Positions 1-13,501 of a stretch of 64,000 nt of DNA are shown here, piece after piece. A program made the position numbers and the translations under genes. Within the stretch, counting starts at the first letter, position 1, and each line of letters opens with the position of its first letter. The DNA lies in NCBI GenBank assembly GCA_040954595.2, contig CM082592.2:2170001-2234000 (forward strand), written 5' to 3'. Origin of the DNA: Balanoglossus misakiensis. Taxonomy: Eukaryota; Animalia; Hemichordata. The notes beneath the pieces are model-generated. The model worked only from the letters and a program-made list of their open reading frames with translations, did no database searches and was not told the origin of the DNA.

Positions 1-2
1 CA

Positions 3-836
3 GAGCGTTTACAATATTGGCGTGGTGAGAAAGACACACATTTTAGTCATTACCACAAATCCTCGAGTCACAAGAAACCAGGACCAAGTCGAAAGTTATA
101 TTTATTAGAGGAGTTCTTTTTAATTTTAGTTAAATTGAAAACTGGTCTTCAAATTCATGATTTAGCTAAGCGTTTTGGGGTAGGGGAGGGAACAATATCT
201 CGAATTTGCAACACCTGGATTCCATTTTTAAGCCGAGAGTTTTCTATAATTTTTACTATGCCCACTAATGAAGAGTTGATAGACAGCCGTTGTAGGGCAT
301 TCTCCAAGTATCCTCATACCAGAGTTGTGATTGATTGCACTGAAGTTTTTTCTGAAACTCCTTCTGCAATACATGCAAAACAACAGGTGTGGAGTGACTA
401 CAAACATCATGATACGTTTAAATTTCTTGTCGGTATAGGACCAAATGGGGCTATTAATTATGTTTCTGATATGTGGGGAGGGAGGGCTTCGGACAAATGC
501 ATTACTAAACGCAGTGATTTTTTGAATTATTTACAAGTAGGTGATGATGTGATGGCAGATAGAGGTTTTGATTTAGAAGTAGAATTAGCCACTGTTGGCG
601 CATCACTTAATATTCCTGTCTTTAAGGGTGACCGTGCACAAATGCACCCAGAAGAACTTGAAAAATCAAGACGAATATCGGAAGCACGCATCCACATTGA
701 ACGGGCTATCAGCAGGATAAAGAATTTTCACATCTTTGACAGTGAAATTAAACTCACCATGAAGGATACAGCTAAACATATATTTATTGTTTGTGCCTTT
801 CTTGTTAATTTCCAATCTCCTTTTCTCAAAGATTAA
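3..836 (+). CDS. Harbinger/ISL2EU-family DDE transposase, C-terminal part (5' truncated by window edge)
   Basis: Frame is open from position 3 (ERLQYWRG...RKLYLLEEFFLILVKLKTG). HTH-like LAKRFGVGEGTISRICNTW, then IDCTE, YKHHDTFKFLVGIGPNG, GGRASD, MADRGF, RIHIERAISRIK. Confidence 0.92.
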   Translation, partial: ERLQYWRGEKDTHFSHYHKSSSHKKPGPSRKLYLLEEFFLILVKLKTGLQIHDLAKRFGVGEGTISRICNTWIPFLSREFSIIFTMPTNEELIDSRCRAFSKYPHTRVVIDCTEVFSETPSAIHAKQQVWSDYKHHDTFKFLVGIGPNGAINYVSDMWGGRASDKCITKRSDFLNYLQVGDDVMADRGFDLEVELATVGASLNIPVFKGDRAQMHPEELEKSRRISEARIHIERAISRIKNFHIFDSEIKLTMKDTAKHIFIVCAFLVNFQSPFLKD

Positions 837-2248
837 TTACATGAGTTTACAGTTTACATGTAGTATTTTCATTGTGTATCTTACCATGTCAAACATAGTC
901 CTTATCCTATTCACATAATTTTAAAGTTATTTTCTTGAAATGAATATGCATTTTCTCTGTTATATGAACAGACATGCAATTAATGAATTCTTATGTTCAT
1001 AATAACATTTAAGGTGAATTCAGTTAAGATATGCAATTTTCATTGGTCACAAGTACATGCAACTGTTAATAGGAAAGTGACTGGATGTATGAGTGGAAAG
1101 CACATAACTCAAACTGTAAACTCTGAAATTGTAAACTATTATAAATTGAAGCTTCACAACACCAACAGTTATTTTTTATATTTTTTTATTATCCAGGTAG
1201 TAACTAACATGGATTTAAAATTAAAATGTATGTACAGAAATATTATTCTCATTTTATACCAACAAATTACACATCAACAATCTTGGTATGCTCCATGGAA
1301 ACATTTTCACATATTGAAGTTGAGCTTATATGGTATTGTAAAATATAATTGTATCAGAATACAGTATGGTCTCACCATGTCAAATAAATACAAGTTTTTA
1401 TTGACAACTCGATTTGCTATTGTGTATTCATTTATGTTAAAAAATATTGCATTTTTGTATTAGCTCTATTATCAGCGCATGCGTTTACAGCCAAAATAAA
1501 CTTATTTTTTTGATCCAGAGTACAATAAGTTTTGTTGAAATGTGCTTCTAATAGATATGTGCTTCCAATAGAGCAAAACATTGTAATTACTGAGGCACGA
1601 CTTTATTTTCTCTATTAGAAGGCATGTACCTAAATTTCTCTAGACTTTCTAGTGATCTAAATTTCATCATAAAGGCATTTAAATTGAAAATGCACATCAC
1701 TGTTTTAGAGCAAATATGGTAAATGGTTATACGCAACAGTGTTTTACAATAGTTTACGCTACTGCCCAGGGTGATGCATAAAAATACACCAAAATTTGGA
1801 GAAAGGGTATAGCTAATTATGGAGTGCCCTTGAAATTTTTGTTTGAATTACATGAGAAAAGGTACATAAAAGGCCTACTTAAATTAAACAAAACGTGCTA
1901 CGGTCCAATTAGCAGAGCTGTGCCACCCTAAGCTCCTATTTTTTTTGGGTGGAGTATACAATTTTTGTCATAGAATAACCATGCTCCATTTTCAAATTGT
2001 GCTATTAGATTCAGTTATGAAACATGAAAGATGTTTTTTCATAAGATGTGTTCTAATTTCATCTAATTTTGTGCTTGTGAAGTCAAGGATGATTGTATTA
2101 TGACAACTGTTGTACTCACTTAGACCCCCAGGATTTTATTCCATGGTTAAACCCCTGAATAACAGCTAAGCATTGATGCCCTAGTTTTTGCAACTTGAAT
2201 GTAGGCAATGTCTTTTGTAGCAGCCTAATACAGTACTAGTAAACACTT

Positions 2249-2678
2249 GGGCGTGAATAAGCAGCAAGTTGAATTTTTGTGAACAAAATTAAGTGAGCAA
2301 AATTGTGCAAATTAAGCATTTTGCTAACCAAATCAGATAAGCAATCCAGGTTGTAAACAGTGAGCAAAATTTCTCTTGAAACAGATTAAAGGTTGACCAG
2401 TTCAAATTTGAGTTTTTTCACATAAAATACATGATCTTGAGTAGTTTATTTTACATTTTCTTTTTCATTACAACGACACATGTATTTCCAGGTTACACAA
2501 AAACACCCAATATTAAGGCCCTCTTCTGTTTCATTAGTTAATTTTGCTCGCCATGTCTAATAAGCATTTCTTATCTGTTTTGGTTAGCAACATTTTACTT
2601 ACTTGCACATTTCTGATCACCAAATTTAGCTCAACATAATTTAGCTAACTGAATTTTGCTCAACATTTACCTACCCTC
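2249..2678. mobile_element. MULE-like MITE just downstream of the YqaJ stop
   Basis: 9-bp direct repeat TAAACACTT at 2240-2248 and 2679-2687; degenerate inverted arms (GCTAACCAAATCAGATAAG / CTTATCTGTTTTGGTTAGC). Confidence 0.55.
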
Positions 2679-2705
2679 TAAACACTTAAATCACTGGTAT
2701 TCTGC

Positions 2706-5700
2706 TCAATACTTATACTTGTAAATTGAATTAGGGTAAAGTTGCTTACCCCTCTTCACTCTTTCAGTAAATAGTTCAGGAACAACACCGTTCACAAAGA
2801 AATCCTGAACTTTACTACACATAACTGAATAGAAAGCAGAATCAAAGTTAACTCGTTCAACATGTATTTGATAACCATCATCACCTAGATCATCATCTAT
2901 TAATACTACCACACAAAAGTCACACCATGTACGCTTGGTTATACCCATAGCAGCTTGAATTTGATAGTAATATTCATGCTTCTGATTCATACTAAGTAGC
3001 GATTTATCAATATCATGAACCAGGTAAAATGACTTCCCCCTATTCCTAGCTAAGTGTGAAAGAGATAGACTGTTATTAACTGGACATTTGATCTCTAGCA
3101 GCCCATCTATGTCAGTGACATGAGGGTCCAATACCAAGCCGTCAGGGCTGCATCCTTGATGTGGCAGACATTCATCAATTACAAATCCACACTCAGATAC
3201 TTTGAGATCTGGTTTGCCGTTATTATGCATATACCGGAGGTAGAGGTTTCGTGCCTTGGCTTCCATCTGCAAACCGTGATTACATGCTGCGTTAGAGAAC
3301 GTATGGTACTGCATCACATCACGAATGGTGTTGTCCGGGGGAGTATTTACTCGCATTTTACAAACCTTTCCAAATTTTGAAGATGTTATTCTACCAACTC
3401 TATAACCAAACCATTCCCTATTTTCACTCTGCCCTCTAGTGGCCATCTCTACAGATTCTACCTCACTCTTTGACATTGACATACTATTCTTAAATTCACT
3501 AAATTTCTTAATATATTTCTCTTGGGTTAAATCTTCACTATCAAGTATACTCTCATCTCTTTTAGGAATTAACAGTTTTTTATTGCGTTCACTCGTACTG
3601 TTATTTGATTCAGTTAATATATTTCGTGCATTTGTTATCGTTGGTTTACTTTCAGCTGTAGTACTCACTTCTACCTGCATGGCAAGGCTCAGATCTTCAG
3701 ACAAATTTACACTAAATGAAAGGTCTACTGGATGACAGTTATTTGGTGTTGAAGGAACTTCTTCAATATTTTCAGGACGTAACCTACTTAAAGCAAATGA
3801 ATTCCTGGCAGGTACTTTTACTGGGTTATTCAGTAACTGTTCACGTAGTATCAGTAGCCTGTTGTAATCTACATTTCGCTGCAATGGAGATCTAGCATCA
3901 TGAATGCCAGCATGTACTGTCTTAGTTGTCTTCGGTTTTCCATGATCTGGTTTGTAGACTGCTACTTCATCCATTGGCTGTGAATGTACACGCGAGCCTG
4001 GAAATAGATTGTTTAATGTTAGTGAAAATCACCTTTATATTTAATAAAGATAAACACATTAAATATTTTACTTCTGAACTATTTTCTGTAATGATATATC
4101 ATATGGACATTAGTATGTACTCATTGGCAGGATGTTATACACTTTGCTCATGGTATACACTTTGCCCAGGATAGATGGTATACACTTTGCCCAGAATAGA
4201 TGGTATACAGTGTCACTTTGCCCATGATAGATGGTATACACTTAGCCCAGGATAGATGGTATACACTTTGCCCAGGATAGATGGTATACACTTTGCCCAT
4301 GATAGATGGTATACACTTTGCCAAGGATAGATGGTATACACTTTGCCCAGAATAGATGGTATACAGTGTCACTTTGCCCATGATAGATGGTATACACTTA
4401 GCCCAGGATAGATGGTATACACTTTGCCCAGGATAGATTGCCCAGGATAGATGGTATACACTTTGCCCAGAATAGATGGTATACACTTTGCTCAAGATAG
4501 ATGTTATACACTTTGCCCAGGATAGATGGTATACACTTTGCCCATGATAGATTGCCCAGGATAGATGGTATACACTTTGCCCAGAATAGATGGTATACAC
4601 TTTGCTCAAGATAGATGTTATATACTTTGCACAGGGATAGATGGTATACACTTCCCGCAATGTATACAGTAGATACTAGTATATAGTTTACATTATAGCC
4701 AGCATAGATGGCATACACTTTGCTCAAGATAGATGTTATACACTTTGCACAGGGATAGATGGTATACACTTCCCGCAATGTATACAGTAGATACTAGTAT
4801 ATAGTTTACATTATAGCCAGCATAGATGGCATACACTTTGCCCAGGAAGAATGTTTATAACTTCCATACATATTTATTACGAAAATAGTTAATTTAATTT
4901 TAAGCCAAAAAAATAAGATACTTACTTTTATGCGATATCCACTTGCATAAAATTTCTGTGCATCTTGGACCATCTTTCAAATTTTTGTGTCCCATGGCAA
5001 CAAAATCCTCAACAGCAAACAATAAAGCACCTACATGACTACATGCTTGTCCCAAACTATCAGAGAACAAAAAAAAAACATAATTATGTGTCAATAATCT
5101 AATAGGTACAGTGATCTTAGTTCTTATATAAATACAGATCTAAATTAGGTTCTACCTTTTTTATGTGCATATAAAACCGGAGAAGCTGGTGGGAACAATA
5201 TATAGATATTTATATATACTTGGACTTGGAAAATACGGATATTAGATACTAACCCCGCTACACACCGACATGATGCCCCATATGGCTGCCCACGACGATC
5301 CATACATACGGTGACGGTGTATATTTTCTTGGTATCCTGTGATGCATTGCATTTGGCACGTATAAAACAGAACGAGGAGGAAGGCCTGTATGCATTGTAC
5401 TCGATACAGTGAACATTTCCAGCATCATACAGTCTAAATGATCGGAGAGCCTTGTACGCACGCAAAGAATCCCGGTCAAATGTGTTATCGTTACTCTCTA
5501 TCAAATACCGTTTGATATGTTCGTGATCCACCGGAGGAATCGGTCGTATATCTGAGGACCATCCAGTTGATATTTTGTCAAAGTTTGGCAAGGAATCATA
5601 CTCTGTTTTCAGCGCAGGGTTGTCAAACAGAGTGCGGCCAGCTGGCAGACGACGCTTCTTAAGATCACCGTGACGGTCACTTGCACCGCAAGTTGAGACA

Positions 5701-5870
5701 TCAAAATGGTCACACAAACGAAATATTAAATCAGCTTTACGCCCACTGGTATCTATGTGCTCCACTTGACATAACTGGCGAAGTTTTTGGTAACTCAAAG
5801 CTTTCAACTCTTTGTAAGTACCCGGAACACACCGAGTAACCAGGGAAGCCGCGTCCGTGGAGTCTGCCAT
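2706..5870 (-). CDS. Transposon accessory protein SAP + SWIM zinc finger + YqaJ (lambda-exonuclease-like); exons 5870-5254, 5056-4926, 3997-2706 (2040 nt, 679 aa)
   Basis: GT/AG splice sites with consistent phases. SAP-like LKALSYQKLRQLCQVEHIDTSGRKADLIFRL; SWIM CRCVAG|LGQACSH formed across intron 1; YqaJ motifs TRGQS..W...R..RITSS, SPDGL, LEIKCP, YYYQIQ. Confidence 0.9.
4133..4847. repeat. 25-bp minisatellite (TGGTATACACTTTGCCCAGGATAGA) in intron 2 of the YqaJ gene, with a ~118-bp higher-order duplication at its right end
   Basis: Direct visual periodicity; ORF-track peptides cycle every 25 aa (3 units). Confidence 0.92.
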
Positions 5871-5957
5871 GAAAACAACCGGAAGTAAAGTATATCCCTG
5901 AGGTTAAGATGATGTCATAATTACAATGCATTGTGGGATAACCGGGAAAAGGACTAT

Positions 5958-7960
5958 CGTGCATCACACGTATACATGCTCCGAGATCGTGCCGTCGTAC
6001 CACGACCAATGAACGATCTTCTCCCCGTCACGGTTATATTAGGGAGTCGAACAGACCGAAGTTTGATACATTGAGAACGGTATAAAAAGGGCAACGATGA
6101 GCTGGGAACGTTGCTCCTCTCACCCGATCCGGCAACCACAAAAACTAACCACGAGAGTACGAGACGATGAATTATTTCAGGCGGGACCATGCAGGGAGAC
6201 GAACACCCGTGCGTCGCCAACCAAAACACCGGCAACGTATCTACCAGCACCGTCGCCGAGGCGGATCCATCTTCCGCCCCATCCGCAGATTCTACACATA
6301 GCCGGCGCCGATCGTCTACACCCCAACCCATTCATCACGGGGATGTATTCCCCCCACTGGATCTCAATCGGGTGGAGAGGGTGGAGGACTCTCACAGTTA
6401 CCGCCAATACTCCCATGGGGTCATCAAAGCAGAGACAACCACCAAACGTACGTATACTACTTGCTGAAGAACCCGGCCACAACGTCAACTTCTAGTCCTC
6501 CGGTGGAGCCAGGGGCCGTTCTGCAGCTGCCGACCGAACCGAGGAGGCCGCCAGCGGCAGCGACCGTCTCCTCCTGCGCCCGTACAGTAGGCCTAGCCGT
6601 TACGTTCAGCAAGGGACCACAGGGGACTCTCCCTCCGCGATTTTGTTTGTTGTTGTTGTTGATTTTTGGCATAATAAACAAATACATATTTCTTTGTTAA
6701 TAAATATGGTTTGTTGACATGTAAGGGTTAGGGTATATTCGACAGGTTAGGGTATTATCAACGGTTAGGATTTGTGTTGGTATTTTTTTCGATCCATGGC
6801 CCCGGACATATCACTAAGCCTCAAAGAGAGACAAGGGTGGAAACTAGCCCATTTCCGGGTCCCAGCACCGTATTTTTTAAGTCCAGAATAACACAACAAA
6901 TAAATGTCTGACAATTGAAATATTACGTTTGCAGTGACAACATACTCTATACTTACTATTATCTATCCTGTAATTCAATAAAAAAGTATAAATCGGCGAT
7001 ATTTCACATCGTTCTCCGTTGACATCCGTACAGTTTTTACGGCAAACCATGGACAAACTTAAATGTCTCGTTTCGGAAGGCAAAATTCAAATTGGACCGT
7101 AAATTGTTTGGAGGTGACCACGTTTCACAAAGATTTACGCTTGTGTGTGATTTTTGTCATAAAACATGTGCTGATGTATATCTGTTTGTAAAAGAGTCGT
7201 GAGCCTGTTATTATAAGGGGGAAAATATGTTAAAATACGCCGAAGTAAGTTCATCCTGGGACCAGGCTGAAATCGATTAACGTCCCCTTGCAGGACTAAC
7301 AAGCTATTTGATTGGTCCAATTTGAATCCTTGCAGGACTAACAAGCTATTTGATTGGTCCAATTTGAATCTCACTAACGTTTTTAACCTTCCGAAACGAG
7401 ACATTCATGTTTGGCCATACTGGGCTAGTTTCCACCCTTGTCTCTCTTTGTGGCTTAGTGATATGTCCGGGGCCGTGGATCGAAAAAAATGCCAACACTG
7501 ACCCTAACCGTTGATAATACCCTAACACTTACATGTCAACAAACCATATTTATTAATCAAGAAATATGTATGTTTATTATGCCAAAAATCATCATCATCA
7601 ACAACAACAACAAACAAACAAACAAAATCGCGGAGGGAGAGTCCTCTGTGAAGGGACCAGGCCATCTGCCAATACCCCGGGGACCCACACCGAGAAGAGA
7701 AGGCGGGGAACCTCGTCGGCGAAGAAGGGCACTGCCGGCCGGCCATGCCAGAACCAGCACCAGTCGACCTAAGTTTACAGCTACTCGAGCTCAGCCCTGA
7801 AGACGAGGAGAACTTAGATCTGCCGCCGAGGACACCAAGGAGAGACGAGTAATGTTACTATTGAACTCTTTACTAGACTTCAGTCATTTTCGAACATTTT
7901 ATGCATTTTTCTTATCTCAAAAATTGTAAAGCTGTACGGGGTGGGGTGTCCCTTCCCATA
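5958..7960 (+). pseudogene. Decayed copy of the Gypsy 3' accessory cassette (ORF3 homolog), frameshifted and split by a MITE
   Basis: Collinear similarity to ~20330-21228 (EHPCVANQNTG, HGDVFPPLDLNRVERVEDSH, LLELSPEDEENL, GTAAAGCTGTACGGGGTGGGGTGTCC). The CxxC segment is deleted between ACGAA repeats. Confidence 0.85.
6618..7650. mobile_element. Non-autonomous P-like TIR element (~235-bp TIRs)
   Basis: Ends CACAGGGGACTCTCCCTCCGCG / CGCGGAGGGAGAGTCCTCTGTG; 7-bp TSD AAGGGAC (6611-6617, 7651-7657); CA...TG termini. Confidence 0.85.
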
Positions 7961-9810
7961 AAGGGGAAATCCCGTGTAGCTGATTTCTACATAATTTGGA
8001 GCTTTGAGGTCACTCTTTCAGAAAAAAATCATATTCACCCTGTATAAGTTGCGCGATTTTTTACAAAATCGAGGGAAAGTTGGCAGAATTTCCAATATGG
8101 CGTTTACTCTAATTTGAATCATGGGAAAAAAGCGCCAGGACCAACTTCCGCCCACCATGGTGTGGGTGATACCATTTTCCGATTGGTGTCACTGGGCGAC
8201 AGACTAGGTGTATTTGCATAGCTATTGTGTGTTCTTTGCATCAGTTGATAAACAATCATCAGCAAAGTCGAAAATTTGTCATAACCCATGAAAAATATGC
8301 GAATATGCTTAGAACATTTAAAAATAGCGTCAAGGACACTGTGGTCCCATTTGAGGATTGTGCGGAAACAGTGACACACCAGAATAAAAATTACAGGTGA
8401 CATTGCAAGCGGATATGATCTTACCATATAGAAATATGGAATGTAAAAATTAACAAGGAAAATGCCCAATAAACTGTCATGTGTCATGGCAGTCTTACAA
8501 GTGGTGCTAGAAAAAATAATTGTCCAAAAATTGTCTGTACAAATACATATGAGAAGCAACTTCTTTCAGTCAGCCCTGGAACAGACAGTCACACAGACAC
8601 ACACAGTGTTGCAGCCAGGAATTTTATAACAGGGGACACTGTGTCCCCGCACTATTTATTTTTGGGGACATTTTGCATATTTTGGGGACAACATAAACCA
8701 TGGACATACATGTATGTCCATGCATAAACGTTACACGTACACATACATACACAAAGACATACCACATTAAATTGTATAATTTGATGTTTTTAATAAAACA
8801 CTCAGACTCCTTGGTCTGTGTCACAATGACCATATACTTTAACCTGCATTGTGTACAAATTGTACAAATCACGTGTTCACAACAGTCAAGATCTGATCAC
8901 TATTGTTCTGATAATTAAAGTCACTGCCGATTACTGTTTATGCGTCTTTGTTTTACTTTTCTGATTTTGATTACATTCAAGATCTTTTAAATCTGCTTCA
9001 TTTCTAAATGAAGTTTTTACCAAAATTTCAGAAAGATGAATAATCCCCCCTTTTTATACAAATAAGGATGAAAAACAGACTTGTTGTTGACAAGAATTCT
9101 GGCTTTATTCCAAATAACCTGCTCAGCTGGAGGGGTGGAGGAAAAATGACTAATTTAAATTCTTTCAAGTCCTTTATTATTTTAGGAGTAAATTTGAGAA
9201 AACTTGTTCCCCATTATATAAAATCAATAGGGTATTTCTAAAAGCTAGGGAATTCATTCCAAGATCAACTGTTGTCTGACTAGGGGTCCTAAGGCATGTA
9301 ATAAGAATACTCTCAACTCTGTCTTTTTGTAGTCTTATCCAAGAAATTAGCAGTTGAATCTACATTAAAAGTTCAGTGGGAGGATTTTCAACAAAACTGA
9401 GACTGCTGGTACTCATGTGGACAGAGTTGGTTTCAGAAGCAATTGGAGTCACGGTAGTTCACTGCCTGCACAGCTGAGTCCGATATATAGGCGTGATATC
9501 GCAATGTATTACTATTACAATTCCCAAGAGGGTGGCTGCGTGTACGTAAACTGTATCAAATTCAACGATAAACCACAGTCCCTCGAGGGACTCAAGTTTG
9601 CTACAAGTTTGCTATGAAGATGTTATAAGTATCGATTACAGGTCGTAAGGTCATAAACTGTGACAAGTGAATCTCTTTGTACGCGTACACCCATCAGTTA
9701 TCAGGAAACAATGTGTGTTAGCGCCGGCTATTTTTTACACTCCCGTGGTGACCCGCAGTATGCCAGAAAGTGCGCCCGTGCAACACTGCACACACTCACC
9801 CGCCACTGGT

Positions 9811-10960
9811 AATTAAAAATTTGATAGCTGGTGGTCTCTGTAACAGCTGGCCTATTTAAGTTATGTAAACATGTCTTAGTTCAGGGTAAATAGTAACTTT
9901 AAAAACAACTGGGCAATTGGTTTAGGAGAAGATTTGCTAACCAAAAACAAAGAAACTTACAAAAAAACTTGCTAAATATTGAATATTTCTGATGTCAGAA
10001 TTGAATAAGAGTTGCACATAAACATGTATGTGTTATGAAATTATATCCTAAATGTCAAAGCAATCAGAGAAAAAAAAAAAATTTCAAAGCAATCCAATAA
10101 GCAGTTTCACAGAAAATATTTGTTCAAAAGTGGCAAAAACACAAATATGCAAATATCACCAAAATTGTACAATATCTTACTTCAATCACAACAAGGAACA
10201 TGCTGCCAAAGTTCAATGCAATATGACAAGCGGTTTCAGAGAAAACAATTCTAGACAAAAATTGCAAACGTTTCCCCGATAACACATTTATGCAAATATC
10301 ACATTTTTTACAACATATTACTTAGGTTACCCCAACGAACATGCCTACCAAATTGCAAAGCAATCTGGCATGCAGTTTTAAAGAAAAAAAACGACGTTGA
10401 CCAAAAATGGCAAATATTGCTTAAAATTATAAATATGCAAATTTTGCAACAATTTGAACAAAACTATGGTTACTCAGACAACCATTAGGAAGCTTCATAC
10501 TAAATTTCAAAGAAGTAGGCCTATCACTTTCAGAAATGAAGACCTTTTACCAATAACATGGAAAAATACAAAAAATGCATAAAAAATAGGAAATCGATAA
10601 TATTAGCTCAAAACATACAGGCCTGTATGAGGTAGACATAAGGTACATGCATACCAATTTTCAAATCAATATGACCAGTGGTTGTTGAGTTTTTACCAAT
10701 TTCACATTTTCCCAGCTAATTTGCATATTTTTGGCAATGGCAACTTCATTTGAACAAACTCCCATCTAAAGCCCTGCTTGCATCTACACACCAAATATCG
10801 AGGTCATATGCGCAGCAGTTTTCAAGTTTTTGATGTGAACGGACATACAGACATACATCCATCCATCCATCCATACATACATACATACATACATACATAC
10901 ATACATACAGACGCAACCAATCCCATAAGGTCCCATGGTACATACCAATGGGACCTAAAA
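9811..10960 (+). mobile_element. HINE/DINE-like (Helentron-associated) non-autonomous element
   Basis: Ends in (CATC/CATA)n followed by stem-loop AGGTCCCAT..ATGGGACCT (10928-10956) and an A tract. The same end recurs at ~25550-25672, and the other part recurs inverted at ~45800-46372. Confidence 0.55.
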
Positions 10961-12046
10961 ATGTGTTGAACATGTCCGAAATTAACCCTTACCATACCGG
11001 TTATGGTACCTGCTACAGTCACAAGTCGTTGAAAATATGTATACCAATGTACATACTGTTTTACTGAGTTAGATAGCTTTTGTTTCTTTGCCATGTGTGA
11101 GTTGTATTGCTTGACTTTTCTGTATCCACCGTTTATGACCAGCTTGCCCTGACAAAATTACCAGCTGAGGCAACTAAGTGTCTTAGTTAAAATTCTCCAT
11201 GGTCAAGGTATGAACTTGTCCAACATTCTACTCTTCTAGATTTCATTTCTTACCTGCAATGGAAATTCTTTTCTTTTTCAGCTTGTATGTGATAAGTTCT
11301 CAGTTGTCACCAGAATCCAGATCATCAGGAATTGAAATGTTGGAAACTGACACATTTAAACTCCATTGTTACCAGACATTAACAGGTAGGTCAACAAGGA
11401 TTGCAGGTTCAAGTTCTAGCATGGCCTTTACTCTTTTCTCATTCTTCTTTGCCTCCATGGGTAGACGGCCAATGGTGATTTCCACCTGTTCTGGTTGAAT
11501 GAATTAGGAAGAAAACTTTCCAAGTTTATCAGATTGTCGGCATAATACTAATAGAAAGCTTATGGTGACAACAGAACAAATTGAAGTATAGACTATTGTG
11601 GTATGCATACAAAGTCTATGTTATTGCCTGTTGGTTATTGCTGTGTGTAGAAGAAAACACACCACACGGTCGGTCAAAATAACAGCACCCCTTGTGGCGA
11701 ACGTTTGAAATCCTTGATTTTGCGCATGGGTTCACAGCAACTCAAAAGTCTCATATTTGAGTTCACAATGACAGACAACAAGCTATGTCAATGCTAGAAG
11801 TCTGCAGATTGTATTTCTACAGCCAGAGTTACATGTACAGTGCCTGGTGACTAAAACCAACTTTTGTTTAAAAAAAACAACCCCTGTGAGATGAACATTT
11901 ATAGAATTTCCAACACATAATGTAAATAATCCATCCTAGCAGCAACATGAAACCTGGCGAGAAATGATTCATGTCTACTGACGTCTAAACCATATATACT
12001 CCCCCCCCCCCAACACCAGAAAATATAATCCATTCAGTTTTTTTAA

Positions 12047-12131
12047 CCCTTTCACCATCATGGTTCAGTCCAAACCCATTGTTTCCTATGGTAAGGTTGG
12101 ACCTCTTAATAGGGATCTGGGGGTGGAAGGG
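12047..12131 (+). mobile_element. ~85-bp piggyBac-like mini element; further copies at ~22425-22497 and 22879-22962 (inverted)
   Basis: TTAA|CCCTTTCACC...GGTGGAAGGG|ATAA; copy at 22879-22962 is flanked by TTAA on both sides. Confidence 0.55.
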
Positions 12132-13501
12132 ATAAAGCTTCTTGCAAACACTTCCTCTCAAATGCACTGCCTCCAATGTACTGGTTTCTGTCAATACTCA
12201 CCAGCAATCCCATCTTGCAAATACTTCCTGTCACAACAAGAATTACAAATTCAGTTTGTAAACAAATACAGCTTCTCCTCTTGTGGTTGCTGTTGACACA
12301 ACCCTTGAAGCAAGAAGCATTTTTGAAAGAAATTACTGTCAGCTAGCTAAATCCTTGCATCAGTCAATCTAATGTTTTTAAACTCTGGAAAGGACCTTGG
12401 AATACTTTCGCCTAAGAAAATTATCTTGTAATCTATATTTATGGAAGTTTGCACTGTGACTGATAGTCCATGGGCCAGGACCCGATTTTTCATGAATTGG
12501 TATCAGAAAGATGGACAAAGCCTCATGTGGTTTTTTGGAAAGGCCTATATCTCTAGATTATAAATTGGGGTGATAGCCCTGCCTATCGAGTAGCTTTCTG
12601 CATTTTTTCCCTCAAAAACTAATGTAAGAACATAAAGATTTCCGACCCAAATTTTGGGGGTAGGGGAACTTTAAATTGCTGTATCTCCAGCAAAACTAAA
12701 GCCAGAACAGTCATTTACCACTCAAATTGTGTGTTTTTTAGAACTCTACCAATATAATATATTTTGGTGGTAATTCGTTTTGAATTGAGGTCAAAAGGTC
12801 ATGAAATTTGGGTCATTCTGAAAATTTGTAGTATGACTATTTCTTGAACGATTGTTTTGAACTTAAGTCTTTAAATGTCATTCAGAAGATAAAATACTCT
12901 CCCAGAATCTATTTCAAACCAATAGAAAACCTTATTATTCATTTATGACCAGAAAAACACAAATAAGGAGAAACGACAGAAAGACATCCAATTTTCCACT
13001 CAGATTTAAGGGTAGGGGAAACTTAAGTTCTTGTAACTCCGGCAAAAATAAACCCAGAACAGTCATCTACCACTCAAATTGTGTGTTTTTAGAACTCTAC
13101 CAATATAATATATTTTGGTGGTAATTCGTTTTGAATTAAGGCCAATAGAGGTCAAAACGTCATGAAATTTGGGTCATTCTGAACATTTGTAGTATGACTA
13201 TTTCTTGAACGATTTTTTTGAATTTAAGTCTTTAAATGTCATTTAGAAGATACAATACTCTCCCAGAATCTGTTCTGGGTTTATTTTTGCCGGAGTTACA
13301 AGAACTTAAGTTTCCCCTACCCTTAAATCTGAGTGGAAAATTGGATGTCTTTCTGTCGTTTCTCTTTATTTGTGTTTTTCTGGTCATAAATGAATAATAA
13401 GGTTTTCTATTGGTTTGAAATAGATTCTGGGAGAGTATTTTATCTTGTAAATGACATTTGAAGACTTAAGTTAAAAAAAATCGTTCAAGAAATAGTCATA
13501 C

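Larger units (their letters stand above)
1..5955. mobile_element. ISL2EU-type (PIF/Harbinger-related) DNA transposon, right part; left end outside window
   Basis: Convergent DDE transposase and YqaJ exonuclease genes, the two-gene layout known for ISL2EU. Right end reads ...TGCATTGTGGGATAACCGGGAAAAGGACT followed by AT (5956-57, putative TSD), after which the sequence switches abruptly to Gypsy-related DNA. Confidence 0.75.

Noticed and set aside
993-1463. 156-aa ORF after the transposase
   Set aside because: Very AT-rich, no motifs, lies in the expected 3' UTR/intergenic zone.
4148-4778. 170-aa and 126-aa ORFs
   Set aside because: Translations of the intronic 25-bp minisatellite.
11253-12230. 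Minus-strand exon-like segments overlapping the TRAPPC4 exon
   Set aside because: Donor/acceptor look-alikes, but frames contain stops; the plus-strand TRAPPC4 reading explains the coding signal.
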